From an uncultured Candidatus Babeliaceae bacterium (GTDB lineage Bacteria > Babelota > Babeliae > Babelales > Babelaceae): a DNA stretch of 64,000 nucleotides. Under the pieces are notes generated by a model. It was not told the DNA's origin, ran no database searches, and worked only from the letters and a program-made list of their open reading frames with translations. Positions 55,428 to 64,000 of this stretch are shown piece by piece. The stretch is from NCBI GenBank assembly GCA_963704655.1, contig OY969927.1:288001-352000 (forward strand), in the 5' to 3' direction. The first letter of the stretch is position 1. Each line of letters opens with the position of its first letter. The position numbers and the translations under genes are program-made.

Positions 55428-58400
55428 ATGAAAATAAACATACTAGTTTTCACATTAACGTTAGTAACATTTTTGCCATTTTATGCTGCCATAAACAGTT
55501 TAAAAGAAGCACGAATTGTTTCGCGGTATCTTGGTGTTATTAAACAACATGACACTATCCTTTTTTCAGACCCTTTGGTGATTCAGACGGTAAACGATCT
55601 TATTGATTTTTGTGAAAATAATAATCAATTAAGTGAACAAGAAAAATTGGAGTTTGTAACGAAATTAGAAGAGTTTATTTTGTTGGTCCCCGCTGATAGC
55701 AGTGGGGATCAACAGATCGGAGATCAATTGGTGGGGAAAGCAAACCCGCTGTCTGTTAATGGGCAGACATTGGTTGCTTATTGGAGTCAAATTTTTAGCT
55801 CGACAGAATTTTTATTTGATAGCACAGGGAACAACACCGTAGCATTATCTGCTCCATTGGTGTTAAATGATAGTTATACTTTACAATTTCCTGTATCAGA
55901 AGGTTCTGCTTATCAAGTGCTGGGAACATTGGGTGGCAATCCCGCACAACTTGCTTGGCTTACTACTGTTACTAATACGAGTCAATTAAATTTACTGAAT
56001 ACCGCAACAAATTGTGATGTTGCAAATACATTAGTATTGCGTGATACAACTGGCAGCTTTGCAGCAACAACAATCACGTTAACCGGCAATAGTTTAATTA
56101 ATTTCAGTACTGTTGGTGGCTGCGATATCGGACAAGGCTTTGTCTTTGCGCCAACACATCAAAATACCATTATCGGCCTAAATGCAGGAAATAATAACAC
56201 CCTTACCGGCACAAGTAATGTTGCATTAGGTTATAATGCGCTAGCAGCGAACATTATTGGACATGACAATATCGCATTAGGTACCAATGCGCTTGCAAAT
56301 AACACCACCAACCTATCTACTGCTGTAGGCTCAGGAACTTTACAAAGTAATGTTTCTGGTAGCCAAAATACTGCTGTTGGATATTATGCATTGAATAAAG
56401 TTGTTGCCAATGGTAACAATACCGCAGTTGGATATTACGCCCTTTTGAATAATACTAATAACCAGCTTACCGCTGTTGGTGCTGGTGCATTACAAACGAA
56501 TGTCAACGGCTCAGCAAATGTTGCAGTTGGCTATAACGCATTGAATCAAAATAACGGAGCAAACAATACGGGTCTTGGTTTTCAGGCAGCGCAGGGAACA
56601 ACTGCTGCAGGTAATATTGTTGCAGTAGGTGCAAATGCTTTTGCAGCAGGCGTTGCTACTGGTGCACAAACGGTTGCAGTTGGCTCAGCTGCGATGCAGA
56701 ATGCAAAACCAGCTTTGGGTGCAGATATTGCCATAGGTTATCAAGCATTGCAGAATGATAATCAAGGGCTCAATGTTGCAGTTGGTACATCGAGCATGAC
56801 CACTAATAATACCGGCGCTTATAACACTGCTGTTGGAATATCAACATTGCAAAACAATGGTAGTGGGATTCAAAATACTGCTATCGGATATTATGCACTT
56901 CAAGCAAATACAACGGGAACATCAAACATTGCATTAGGCTACCAAGCACTTGCAAATGCAAACACCATAAATAACTTTGATAATATTGCAATTGGAGCAT
57001 TTACGCTTACTGGAACTGCGGTATTGGGTGATAATATTGCGGTGGGGGTCAATGCGCTTTCTGCGCCTGGCTATAACCAAGGTCAGCAGATAGCAATTGG
57101 AACAAATGCATTACAACTTAATACAACTGGAACGGCAAATATTGCAATCGGTTACGAAGTGCTTGATGCAAACACGGCTGGTTCATCAAACGTTGGGCTT
57201 GGGTATCAAGCTTTAGGTACTAATGTTAGTGGTAATGATAATACAGCTGTTGGAACATTAGCTCTTTTCAATAACACAACAAATCAGATCACCGCGGTTG
57301 GTTCTGGTGCACTACAAAATAATACTACTGGTATTCAAAATACTGCAATTGGTTATAAAGCGCTTAATGCTAATACCACAGGGACATCAAATGTTGCTAT
57401 CGGATATAAAGCGTTACAGACAAATACTATTGGTGATGATAATATTGCTATAGGTTATAACGCATTAAACACCTTCAATTCTGCTATTGGAAAAAATATA
57501 GCTATTGGTTCGCTAGCATTGCAAAGTTTAAATACTACCAATGCGCAGAGTGTTGCCATTGGTTATCAGTCAGGGCTAATTTCTACAGGTGCTAGCAATA
57601 CTATTGTTGGTTCAAATGCGGCGACTGGTTTAACAACAGGCGGAAGTAGTGTTGTTATTGGTGCAACTGCCGGCGCAGGCACAACAGTAAGTAATAACGT
57701 TGTTGTTGGCGCAGGCGCAGGAAACCAGACATTAACGGGTGCAACTAACGTTGTTGTAGGGCAGGGTTCCGGAACTGGATTAACTTCTGGCGCAAGTAAT
57801 ACCATTTTAGGACAAGCTGCCGGAACCGGTTTAACGTCAGGTGGAAGCAGTGTTGTTATAGGCGCAACTGCAGGTGCAGGTACAACAGTAAGTAATAACG
57901 TTGTTGTTGGCGCAGGCGCAGGAAACCAGACATTAACGGGTGCAACTAACGTTGTTGTAGGGCAGGGTTCCGGAACTGGATTAACTTCTGGCGCAAGTAA
58001 TACCATTTTAGGACAAGCTGCCGGAACCGGTTTAACGTCAGGTGGAAGCAGTGTTGTTATAGGCGCAACTGCAGGTGCAGGTACAACAGTAAGTAATAAC
58101 GTGGTTGTTGGTGCTGGTGCGGGAAACCAGACATTAACCGGCGCTAGCAATGTTATTGTTGGTCAGGGAACAGCTACGGGATTAACTTCAGGTGGAAGCA
58201 ATATTATTATTGGTCAAGGAAACACGGGCGGTACATTAACTACAGGAGCTAATAATATTATTATTAGTACCGGCAATAATGCTACGTACCCAATCGCTAA
58301 TGGTTCGAATGGTATCATTATAGGCTTTGGAACAACTTCTACAACAGCCTGTTGGATCGATGGGATTCTGCCTTTTGCCGCTGGCGCAAATACTGTACGT

Positions 58401-61037
58401 ATAACTGCTGCTGGCAGATTGGGTACAGCTGCTTCGTCTGCACGTTATAAAACTAATATAAAACCGATGACAAGTGAGTCTTCAAATATATATCAGTTAA
58501 GTCCTGTTTCATTTACGTTTATTCCAAGTATTGATCCAACACAAACAACCTACTATGGTTTAATAGCCGAAAATACTGTTGGTCTTTACCCAAGTTTAGT
58601 TGTTACAGATACAGCAGGTCTTCCTTGGGCGATTAACTATGATTTATTGTCACCGATAGTTTTAAATGAAACACTTAAGCTTAACGCCTTTGTGCCGATA
58701 ACATTAAATTATACAAGTACGCAAAATACGGTTATTGGTAAAAATGCGTTGCAGGCAATTACTACTGGTTCGGGTAACACTGTTTTTGGTTATCAAGCGG
58801 GGAATTCGATCACAACAGGATACGGTAACACACTTCTTGGCATGGGTGCAGATGTAGCTTCTGGTAACCTGGTAAATGCGACAGCAATTGGTGCTGGTGC
58901 AAAGGCCACTAATAATAATACTATTGTCTTAGGAAATTCAAATGTTGTTGCTGTAGTACCCGGTTCAACTAATGCTACGCTTGGTGCGCCTGGGCAGATG
59001 TGGTCATCTATTATGACAACACAATTGACTTCTGCTGGCAGTTTAACATCGCCTACAATTACGTTAACAAGTAATCCATTAATGTATTATTATGATGGCA
59101 TAACCACGTGGACTATGTTGTCAGCGCCTGGAACACAAAATACTTTCTTAGGGCAAAGTGCGGGTAATTTATCGGTGACAGGAGCACGTAATGCTGCCTT
59201 TGGTTATCAGGCTGCAAAATCAAACATAACATCAAGTGATAATGTGGCTGTTGGGGTGAATGCATTGGCAACATATAATGGTGCAGGTGGTCAACATGTT
59301 GCAATAGGATCAGGTTCTATGCAAAATGCGACTCCTACCGGACAGTCTGATATTGCAATCGGATATAATACGTTGCAAAAAGATAATGGTCAAGGATCTA
59401 ATATTGCCATTGGTAACTCAGCAATGCAGAATGCTACGCCTATAAATGGTCAAGATATTGCAATTGGGTTACTTACATTACCAAGTGATACCATAGGATT
59501 TAATATCGCAATCGGTAACAGTAGTATGACTAATAATACAACTGGTGTTAATAACGTTGCTCTGGGAATTTCTTCATTACAAACTAATACTTCTGGATCG
59601 TATAACGTCGCTATCGGTAATAGCGCATTATTTGGAAACGCTGCCAATGCTGCAAAAAATGTAAGTAATAACGTTGCTGTTGGGTATCAAAGTTTGTATA
59701 ACAATCGCGCAAATAATTTAACGGCAATTGGTTATTATGCGCTTGGCTCAAATACAACCGGTATTCAAAATACGGCACTTGGTTATTACGCACTTGGCCT
59801 GAATACAACCGGCACATCAAATATCGCTATCGGTTATCAAGCTTTAGCAAATGCAAACACTATCAATAATTTTGATAATATCGCCATTGGTATAAATACG
59901 CTTTCTGGAGCAGGTGTCTTAGGTGATAATATCGCCATTGGTGCAAATGCGCTTTCTGCATCTGGGTATAGTCAAGGCCAGCAGATTGCTGTTGGCACAA
60001 ACGCATTGCAAGTTAATACAACAGGGACAGCAAATATAGCAATTGGTTATGGGGTGCTTGATGCAAACACGGTTGGGTCGTCGAACGTGGGGCTTGGGTA
60101 CCAAGCATTAACTACTAATGTTAGCGGTAATGACAATACTGCAGTTGGAACGAATGCTTTACAGTTTACGACAACATGGCGTTTAACTGCCGTTGGTTCT
60201 GGCGCATTACAATATAATACGACTGGTTTTCAAAATACCGCCGTTGGCTATCAGGCGCTTAATGCAAATACAACCGGCACATCGAATGTTGCTATTGGTT
60301 ACCAAGCTCTTTTAACAAATACAGGAAGCAGTAGCAATATCGCCATTGGTGCCAATACATTAACAAGATTTAGCAGTGCTTCTAATTTTGGTGGCAATAA
60401 TACAGCAGTGGGTATCAATGCGTTAGTTTCACTCATTACGGGAACTGGCAATACAGTTTTGGGCTACAACGCTGGATCAAACTTAACAACTGGTAGTGGA
60501 AATATTTATGTCGGTGCATTTGTTGCCGCAGCAACAACTAACGAGAGCAACACAATACGTATTGGAAGTGTTGGCGGTGCAGGAACAGCAGCTTGCTATA
60601 TTCAAGGAATTAATGGTAAAACAGTTCTTCCTGTAGCTGGTGCGGGCACTGTTAGTGTAAGTACGACTGGACAGCTTGGTACTACCGTTTCATCACGACG
60701 TTTTAAGAAAAATATTCAAGATATGGGTCTAATCACTGAAGATTTGTATAAATTACGTCCTGTAACATTTAATTATAAAGTTGATGAGGCTGAAGAGCAT
60801 TTAGAATATGGTCTAATCGCTGAGGAAGTTGATGAGGTTTATCCAGGGATTATTATTAGGGATGATTATGGAGCGCCATTTTCGGTTCAATACCAATTTC
60901 TTCCTATGATGATGCTTAATGAATTGCAAAAAGATCGTGCACGTATTGTGGTATTAGAAGATAAAATTGTAAGATTGGAACAACAGATTAGCAAGCTTTT
61001 GAATAATAGTGAACGACTTTCAGTAAAGGATGTGTGA
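55428..61037 (+). CDS. Secreted 1869-aa fibre protein with two S74-like chaperone domains
   Basis: SSARYKTNI at 58434 (internal) and SSRRFKKNI at 60690 (terminal). Confidence 0.85.
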   Translation: MKINILVFTLTLVTFLPFYAAINSLKEARIVSRYLGVIKQHDTILFSDPLVIQTVNDLIDFCENNNQLSEQEKLEFVTKLEEFILLVPADSSGDQQIGDQLVGKANPLSVNGQTLVAYWSQIFSSTEFLFDSTGNNTVALSAPLVLNDSYTLQFPVSEGSAYQVLGTLGGNPAQLAWLTTVTNTSQLNLLNTATNCDVANTLVLRDTTGSFAATTITLTGNSLINFSTVGGCDIGQGFVFAPTHQNTIIGLNAGNNNTLTGTSNVALGYNALAANIIGHDNIALGTNALANNTTNLSTAVGSGTLQSNVSGSQNTAVGYYALNKVVANGNNTAVGYYALLNNTNNQLTAVGAGALQTNVNGSANVAVGYNALNQNNGANNTGLGFQAAQGTTAAGNIVAVGANAFAAGVATGAQTVAVGSAAMQNAKPALGADIAIGYQALQNDNQGLNVAVGTSSMTTNNTGAYNTAVGISTLQNNGSGIQNTAIGYYALQANTTGTSNIALGYQALANANTINNFDNIAIGAFTLTGTAVLGDNIAVGVNALSAPGYNQGQQIAIGTNALQLNTTGTANIAIGYEVLDANTAGSSNVGLGYQALGTNVSGNDNTAVGTLALFNNTTNQITAVGSGALQNNTTGIQNTAIGYKALNANTTGTSNVAIGYKALQTNTIGDDNIAIGYNALNTFNSAIGKNIAIGSLALQSLNTTNAQSVAIGYQSGLISTGASNTIVGSNAATGLTTGGSSVVIGATAGAGTTVSNNVVVGAGAGNQTLTGATNVVVGQGSGTGLTSGASNTILGQAAGTGLTSGGSSVVIGATAGAGTTVSNNVVVGAGAGNQTLTGATNVVVGQGSGTGLTSGASNTILGQAAGTGLTSGGSSVVIGATAGAGTTVSNNVVVGAGAGNQTLTGASNVIVGQGTATGLTSGGSNIIIGQGNTGGTLTTGANNIIISTGNNATYPIANGSNGIIIGFGTTSTTACWIDGILPFAAGANTVRITAAGRLGTAASSARYKTNIKPMTSESSNIYQLSPVSFTFIPSIDPTQTTYYGLIAENTVGLYPSLVVTDTAGLPWAINYDLLSPIVLNETLKLNAFVPITLNYTSTQNTVIGKNALQAITTGSGNTVFGYQAGNSITTGYGNTLLGMGADVASGNLVNATAIGAGAKATNNNTIVLGNSNVVAVVPGSTNATLGAPGQMWSSIMTTQLTSAGSLTSPTITLTSNPLMYYYDGITTWTMLSAPGTQNTFLGQSAGNLSVTGARNAAFGYQAAKSNITSSDNVAVGVNALATYNGAGGQHVAIGSGSMQNATPTGQSDIAIGYNTLQKDNGQGSNIAIGNSAMQNATPINGQDIAIGLLTLPSDTIGFNIAIGNSSMTNNTTGVNNVALGISSLQTNTSGSYNVAIGNSALFGNAANAAKNVSNNVAVGYQSLYNNRANNLTAIGYYALGSNTTGIQNTALGYYALGLNTTGTSNIAIGYQALANANTINNFDNIAIGINTLSGAGVLGDNIAIGANALSASGYSQGQQIAVGTNALQVNTTGTANIAIGYGVLDANTVGSSNVGLGYQALTTNVSGNDNTAVGTNALQFTTTWRLTAVGSGALQYNTTGFQNTAVGYQALNANTTGTSNVAIGYQALLTNTGSSSNIAIGANTLTRFSSASNFGGNNTAVGINALVSLITGTGNTVLGYNAGSNLTTGSGNIYVGAFVAAATTNESNTIRIGSVGGAGTAACYIQGINGKTVLPVAGAGTVSVSTTGQLGTTVSSRRFKKNIQDMGLITEDLYKLRPVTFNYKVDEAEEHLEYGLIAEEVDEVYPGIIIRDDYGAPFSVQYQFLPMMMLNELQKDRARIVVLEDKIVRLEQQISKLLNNSERLSVKDV
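57620..58200 (+). repeat. Tandem repeat, 201-bp (67-aa) period, ~3 copies
   Basis: GGAAACCAGACATTAAC at 57720, 57921 and 58122. Confidence 0.9.
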
Positions 61038-64000
61038 TGAAAAGAAAGATGTTATTTTTTTATACTATATTTTTGACGTTAAGTGCCTTAACAACGCTTA
61101 ACGCAGTTCAAGATAAAGTTGTTTTGGTTGATAACAATACATTATCTCAGCTAGATATGCATAGATGGTATAATGAAAATATACATCAGCTAGAATCTGT
61201 TCCTGCACAAGCGTATGTTCATCATAAGATTTTTAAACTGACACATGATAAAGATTCTGAATACATTTTTATATACGGAAATAAAAAATTCGTGTCACGA
61301 CAAGAAGCACAATTAGATGCGGGTGATTGTTGTTTAGGGCAACTGCCTGGCGCAACGCTGATCGCAGATTTTCTTGTGCATAATCAAGATCTTTTTGTCC
61401 GTAATGCGCAAAAAGTTTCACACCGTGCCGGTCAATTTATTTGGGATCGACTTACTCCTGGATTACCTTTATTGTTAGATTCAAATTTAGATGTTGTTAC
61501 ACAAAACGTTGATATAGCAAGTCAAACAAGCGGTGCTGTGGCAATAGCATTAGGTGGCACCAATTCAACTTCGCCATTACAGAACAATTGTCTTATGGAA
61601 TCAGTTGGTGGACAAATAGTTGAAGCTCCGGCGTTACAAAATGGACAGATTTTTATTGGTGCAACAGGCATGTCGCCAAGTCCTGCAACTATTTCTGGAA
61701 CAGCTTCTCAAATTAATATAACAAATGGCCCTGGATCTATAACACTTTCAACACCACAAAATATCGATTTACTGTCAACGCCGACATTTGTGGGTATTCA
61801 GTTTCAACCTAGTGGTTCATCTAATTATGTTACTCTTCAGGCACCTGCAACAGTAAGTTCAACGTATTCAGTAAGCCTACCAGGCTCTGCGCCAACTGCA
61901 GGTCAAGTATTACAGGCAACATCTACATCAACAACTCAGTGGGGGAATGTGAGTGACGCGCTTACTTTATATGTTGCTGTCAATGGAAATGATAGCACGG
62001 GAAATGGCTCATTAACAGCACCTTTTGCAAGCTTAAAGCGGGCACTAGCCGTCGCTAATGCTATTGCATCAGAATATACACCAGTTAAAATCTCAGTGGG
62101 GCCTGGTATATTTGTGGAAGACACTTCTTCTGGCCCATTAATAATTAATCCTGTAAGTGGTAGTGGTTATATCAACATTGTGGGAACATCAAGTCAAACA
62201 ACTCTCTTTACTTCTTATACCCCAACACAAACGTTTATCTATATGCCAGCAAATGGCCGGCTTTCTGATTTGGCAATTTTTGGTATATATGAAGCGCCCG
62301 CAGTGTGCGCAGATGGCACTGGTAATAATTCTGCCTTTATTAACGCTGTTGCAGTTGGTTGCCAGCAGGGTTTTCTTTTTCAAGGTGGTATAACAACTAA
62401 CTACTATTTACAAGGAGTTGCTACCGAAAGTTGCGGTGTTGGTGTGCTAGTTGATGATGCTCGCGTGTTGATGTATAACTCAAGTTTTGATGGGGCACTT
62501 GAAACAACAATTATTCCTGCAAATACGGGGGTTATTGTAACAGGTCCGGCAGGGCGTATGGTTGCAGAGTCATGCGCATTTTTATATTGCGGCCTTTGTG
62601 GATTGGTAGAAAATCAAGGGAACGCTACATTTATAGGCGGCTCGTTTATTAGTTCAACAAGTGGTGTTCAGGCAGCAAGTCAGTCAACGTGTATTGTTAA
62701 TGGTTCAACATTTTATAGTAATACCGCAACGAATATGATCGCTCGAGATTTGGGGACAACTTTGCAGTCAACTGCATGTAATGTTGATGGTAATAGTTTA
62801 AATAATCTTCCGCAAGGAACGGGTCTTTTGGTTACCACCAGTGCTCAGGCTAATATTGCAGTTGCGTCGTTAACTAATTTAATAAATGGTATTATCATTG
62901 GTCAAGATGGTGATGATAGCACAACGCAGGTTCTTTCAGTTGGAGTAACTATCGATAATTGTGCAGGATCACAAATTATTCAAAATGGGCTTGCGCAATT
63001 AACGTATGTTGATGGTGCTCTTAATAGGAACTTTATAACTATTTCAAATCCTACAAATGTTACCTTTAATACCACGGATGCTTCAAGCGGGCAGGCAACG
63101 ATTATTGGTCAGCATAGTGATGTTGATCAAGATTTGATTCTTGTTGATACTGGGGTTGCGCAGATGCCAGGGTTAGTTTATCAATCAAATTATATGGATT
63201 GTAAGGGTATAATTTATCAAAATACTAATCCTGCTTTTTCAACCATGCTTGGGGTGCAGGGACAAAACTCTGGCGCAACACTTTCTGCAGTTACTGCTTC
63301 AAATGCACAACCTGCAAAAGTCATGTTATTTTCAAACTCCGGTGCTTTTGGCGGAATGAGTAATATGCGCGGTTGGTTGTTGAATAAAAACGCAACAAAC
63401 GCTCAATTGGCAGGTGAATTTTATAATAATGATCTTGATGGTAAACCTGCTATAGATCAATATACAAGTTTTCAATTTGACGGTTTTAATAATATTTTGC
63501 AATTCCCGGCAGTAACCACAACAAATTTACCAACCAATACCGTGGCACAATTACAATGGGCGGGAGATACGAATCTTTACCGTGCACAAGCAGGTGTGTT
63601 ACAGACAGATAATAACTTTGCCATTCAAGGTCTTGCCACCGCAAATAGTGCATTATATGTAGATGGTAATAAGCAGGTTGCTGCAAGTGTTACCTCTTCA
63701 AGTGATTTAGCACAACTTGCAGGAATAACCGGTGGTCCTATTCAGCCGCAACTTAATAATAAAGTTTCAAAGGCTGGCGATGTTATGACCGGCGTGTTAA
63801 CTATTCCAGATGGCACCGTTGCAAGACCGGCACTTAGTTTTAATGGTTTTCCTAATACTGGATTAGCGATTATAGGTAACGTTTTTACCTTAATGACTTC
63901 AGGCAGTTCACGCTTAACAGTAGATGCTAACGGTGTTGTGGGTATTAATAGCTCGAATGTTTCAACGGTGTTGAACGTAGGCGGTGATGTATCTGTAGTG
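61037..64000 (+). CDS. 3'-partial secreted tail-fibre/tailspike-like protein with beta-helix-like region (not in the ORF track)
   Basis: ATG overlaps the previous stop (TGATG); MKRKMLFFYTIFLTLSALTTLNA leader; LYVAVNGNDSTGNGSLTAPFASLKRAL; KVSKAGDVMTGVLTIPDG; frame runs to the window end. Confidence 0.85.
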   Translation, partial: MKRKMLFFYTIFLTLSALTTLNAVQDKVVLVDNNTLSQLDMHRWYNENIHQLESVPAQAYVHHKIFKLTHDKDSEYIFIYGNKKFVSRQEAQLDAGDCCLGQLPGATLIADFLVHNQDLFVRNAQKVSHRAGQFIWDRLTPGLPLLLDSNLDVVTQNVDIASQTSGAVAIALGGTNSTSPLQNNCLMESVGGQIVEAPALQNGQIFIGATGMSPSPATISGTASQINITNGPGSITLSTPQNIDLLSTPTFVGIQFQPSGSSNYVTLQAPATVSSTYSVSLPGSAPTAGQVLQATSTSTTQWGNVSDALTLYVAVNGNDSTGNGSLTAPFASLKRALAVANAIASEYTPVKISVGPGIFVEDTSSGPLIINPVSGSGYINIVGTSSQTTLFTSYTPTQTFIYMPANGRLSDLAIFGIYEAPAVCADGTGNNSAFINAVAVGCQQGFLFQGGITTNYYLQGVATESCGVGVLVDDARVLMYNSSFDGALETTIIPANTGVIVTGPAGRMVAESCAFLYCGLCGLVENQGNATFIGGSFISSTSGVQAASQSTCIVNGSTFYSNTATNMIARDLGTTLQSTACNVDGNSLNNLPQGTGLLVTTSAQANIAVASLTNLINGIIIGQDGDDSTTQVLSVGVTIDNCAGSQIIQNGLAQLTYVDGALNRNFITISNPTNVTFNTTDASSGQATIIGQHSDVDQDLILVDTGVAQMPGLVYQSNYMDCKGIIYQNTNPAFSTMLGVQGQNSGATLSAVTASNAQPAKVMLFSNSGAFGGMSNMRGWLLNKNATNAQLAGEFYNNDLDGKPAIDQYTSFQFDGFNNILQFPAVTTTNLPTNTVAQLQWAGDTNLYRAQAGVLQTDNNFAIQGLATANSALYVDGNKQVAASVTSSSDLAQLAGITGGPIQPQLNNKVSKAGDVMTGVLTIPDGTVARPALSFNGFPNTGLAIIGNVFTLMTSGSSRLTVDANGVVGINSSNVSTVLNVGGDVSVV

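Noticed and set aside
57566-58150. 194-aa antisense ORF
   Set aside because: Shadow of the 201-bp Gly/Thr/Ala-rich tandem repeat on the plus strand
420-63686. Many 60-120 aa ORFs inside the large genes
   Set aside because: Alternate-frame or antisense shadows of biased-codon genes with no independent protein motifs
51452-64000. Prophage tail module
   Set aside because: The proteins carry signal peptides and no integrase, capsid, terminase, tape-measure or baseplate genes are visible; sequence beyond the window is unseen

Overview
AT-rich bacterial chromosome segment. The gene repertoire and style suggest Candidatus Dependentiae/Babeliales (TM6), but this is inference only. Two blocks of housekeeping genes (tatD, HU, serS, hemW, tRNA-Leu, secD, tRNA-Met, pgsA, ATP-dependent ligase, hxlA-like; rsmG, MATE, gatCA, mreC, recJ) alternate with a family of seven phage-tail-fibre-like repeat proteins that fill about 36 kb: <1-3394, 5053-10941, 26905-41244 (4779 aa), and a four-gene cluster from 51452 to >64000. 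The six with a visible N-terminus start with signal-peptide-like leaders. The fibres are mosaics of shared DNA cassettes, most joined at a recurring 'RDSTGSFAATTITLTG' junction. They end in either a peptidase-S74-like self-cleaving chaperone or a lectin-like tip, and none of the visible C-termini is an autotransporter barrel. One fibre carries two S74 domains. Two convergent fibre genes share a ~1 kb near-identical in-frame inverted repeat, so recombination there would swap their C-terminal tips. Intergenic DNA of the first core block holds several palindromic REP-like families (some nested inside each other, some fused to tRNA 3' ends), a REP-flanked GIY-YIG pseudogene and an IS982-like MITE. 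No CRISPR array, rRNA, reverse transcriptase or recombinase was seen.
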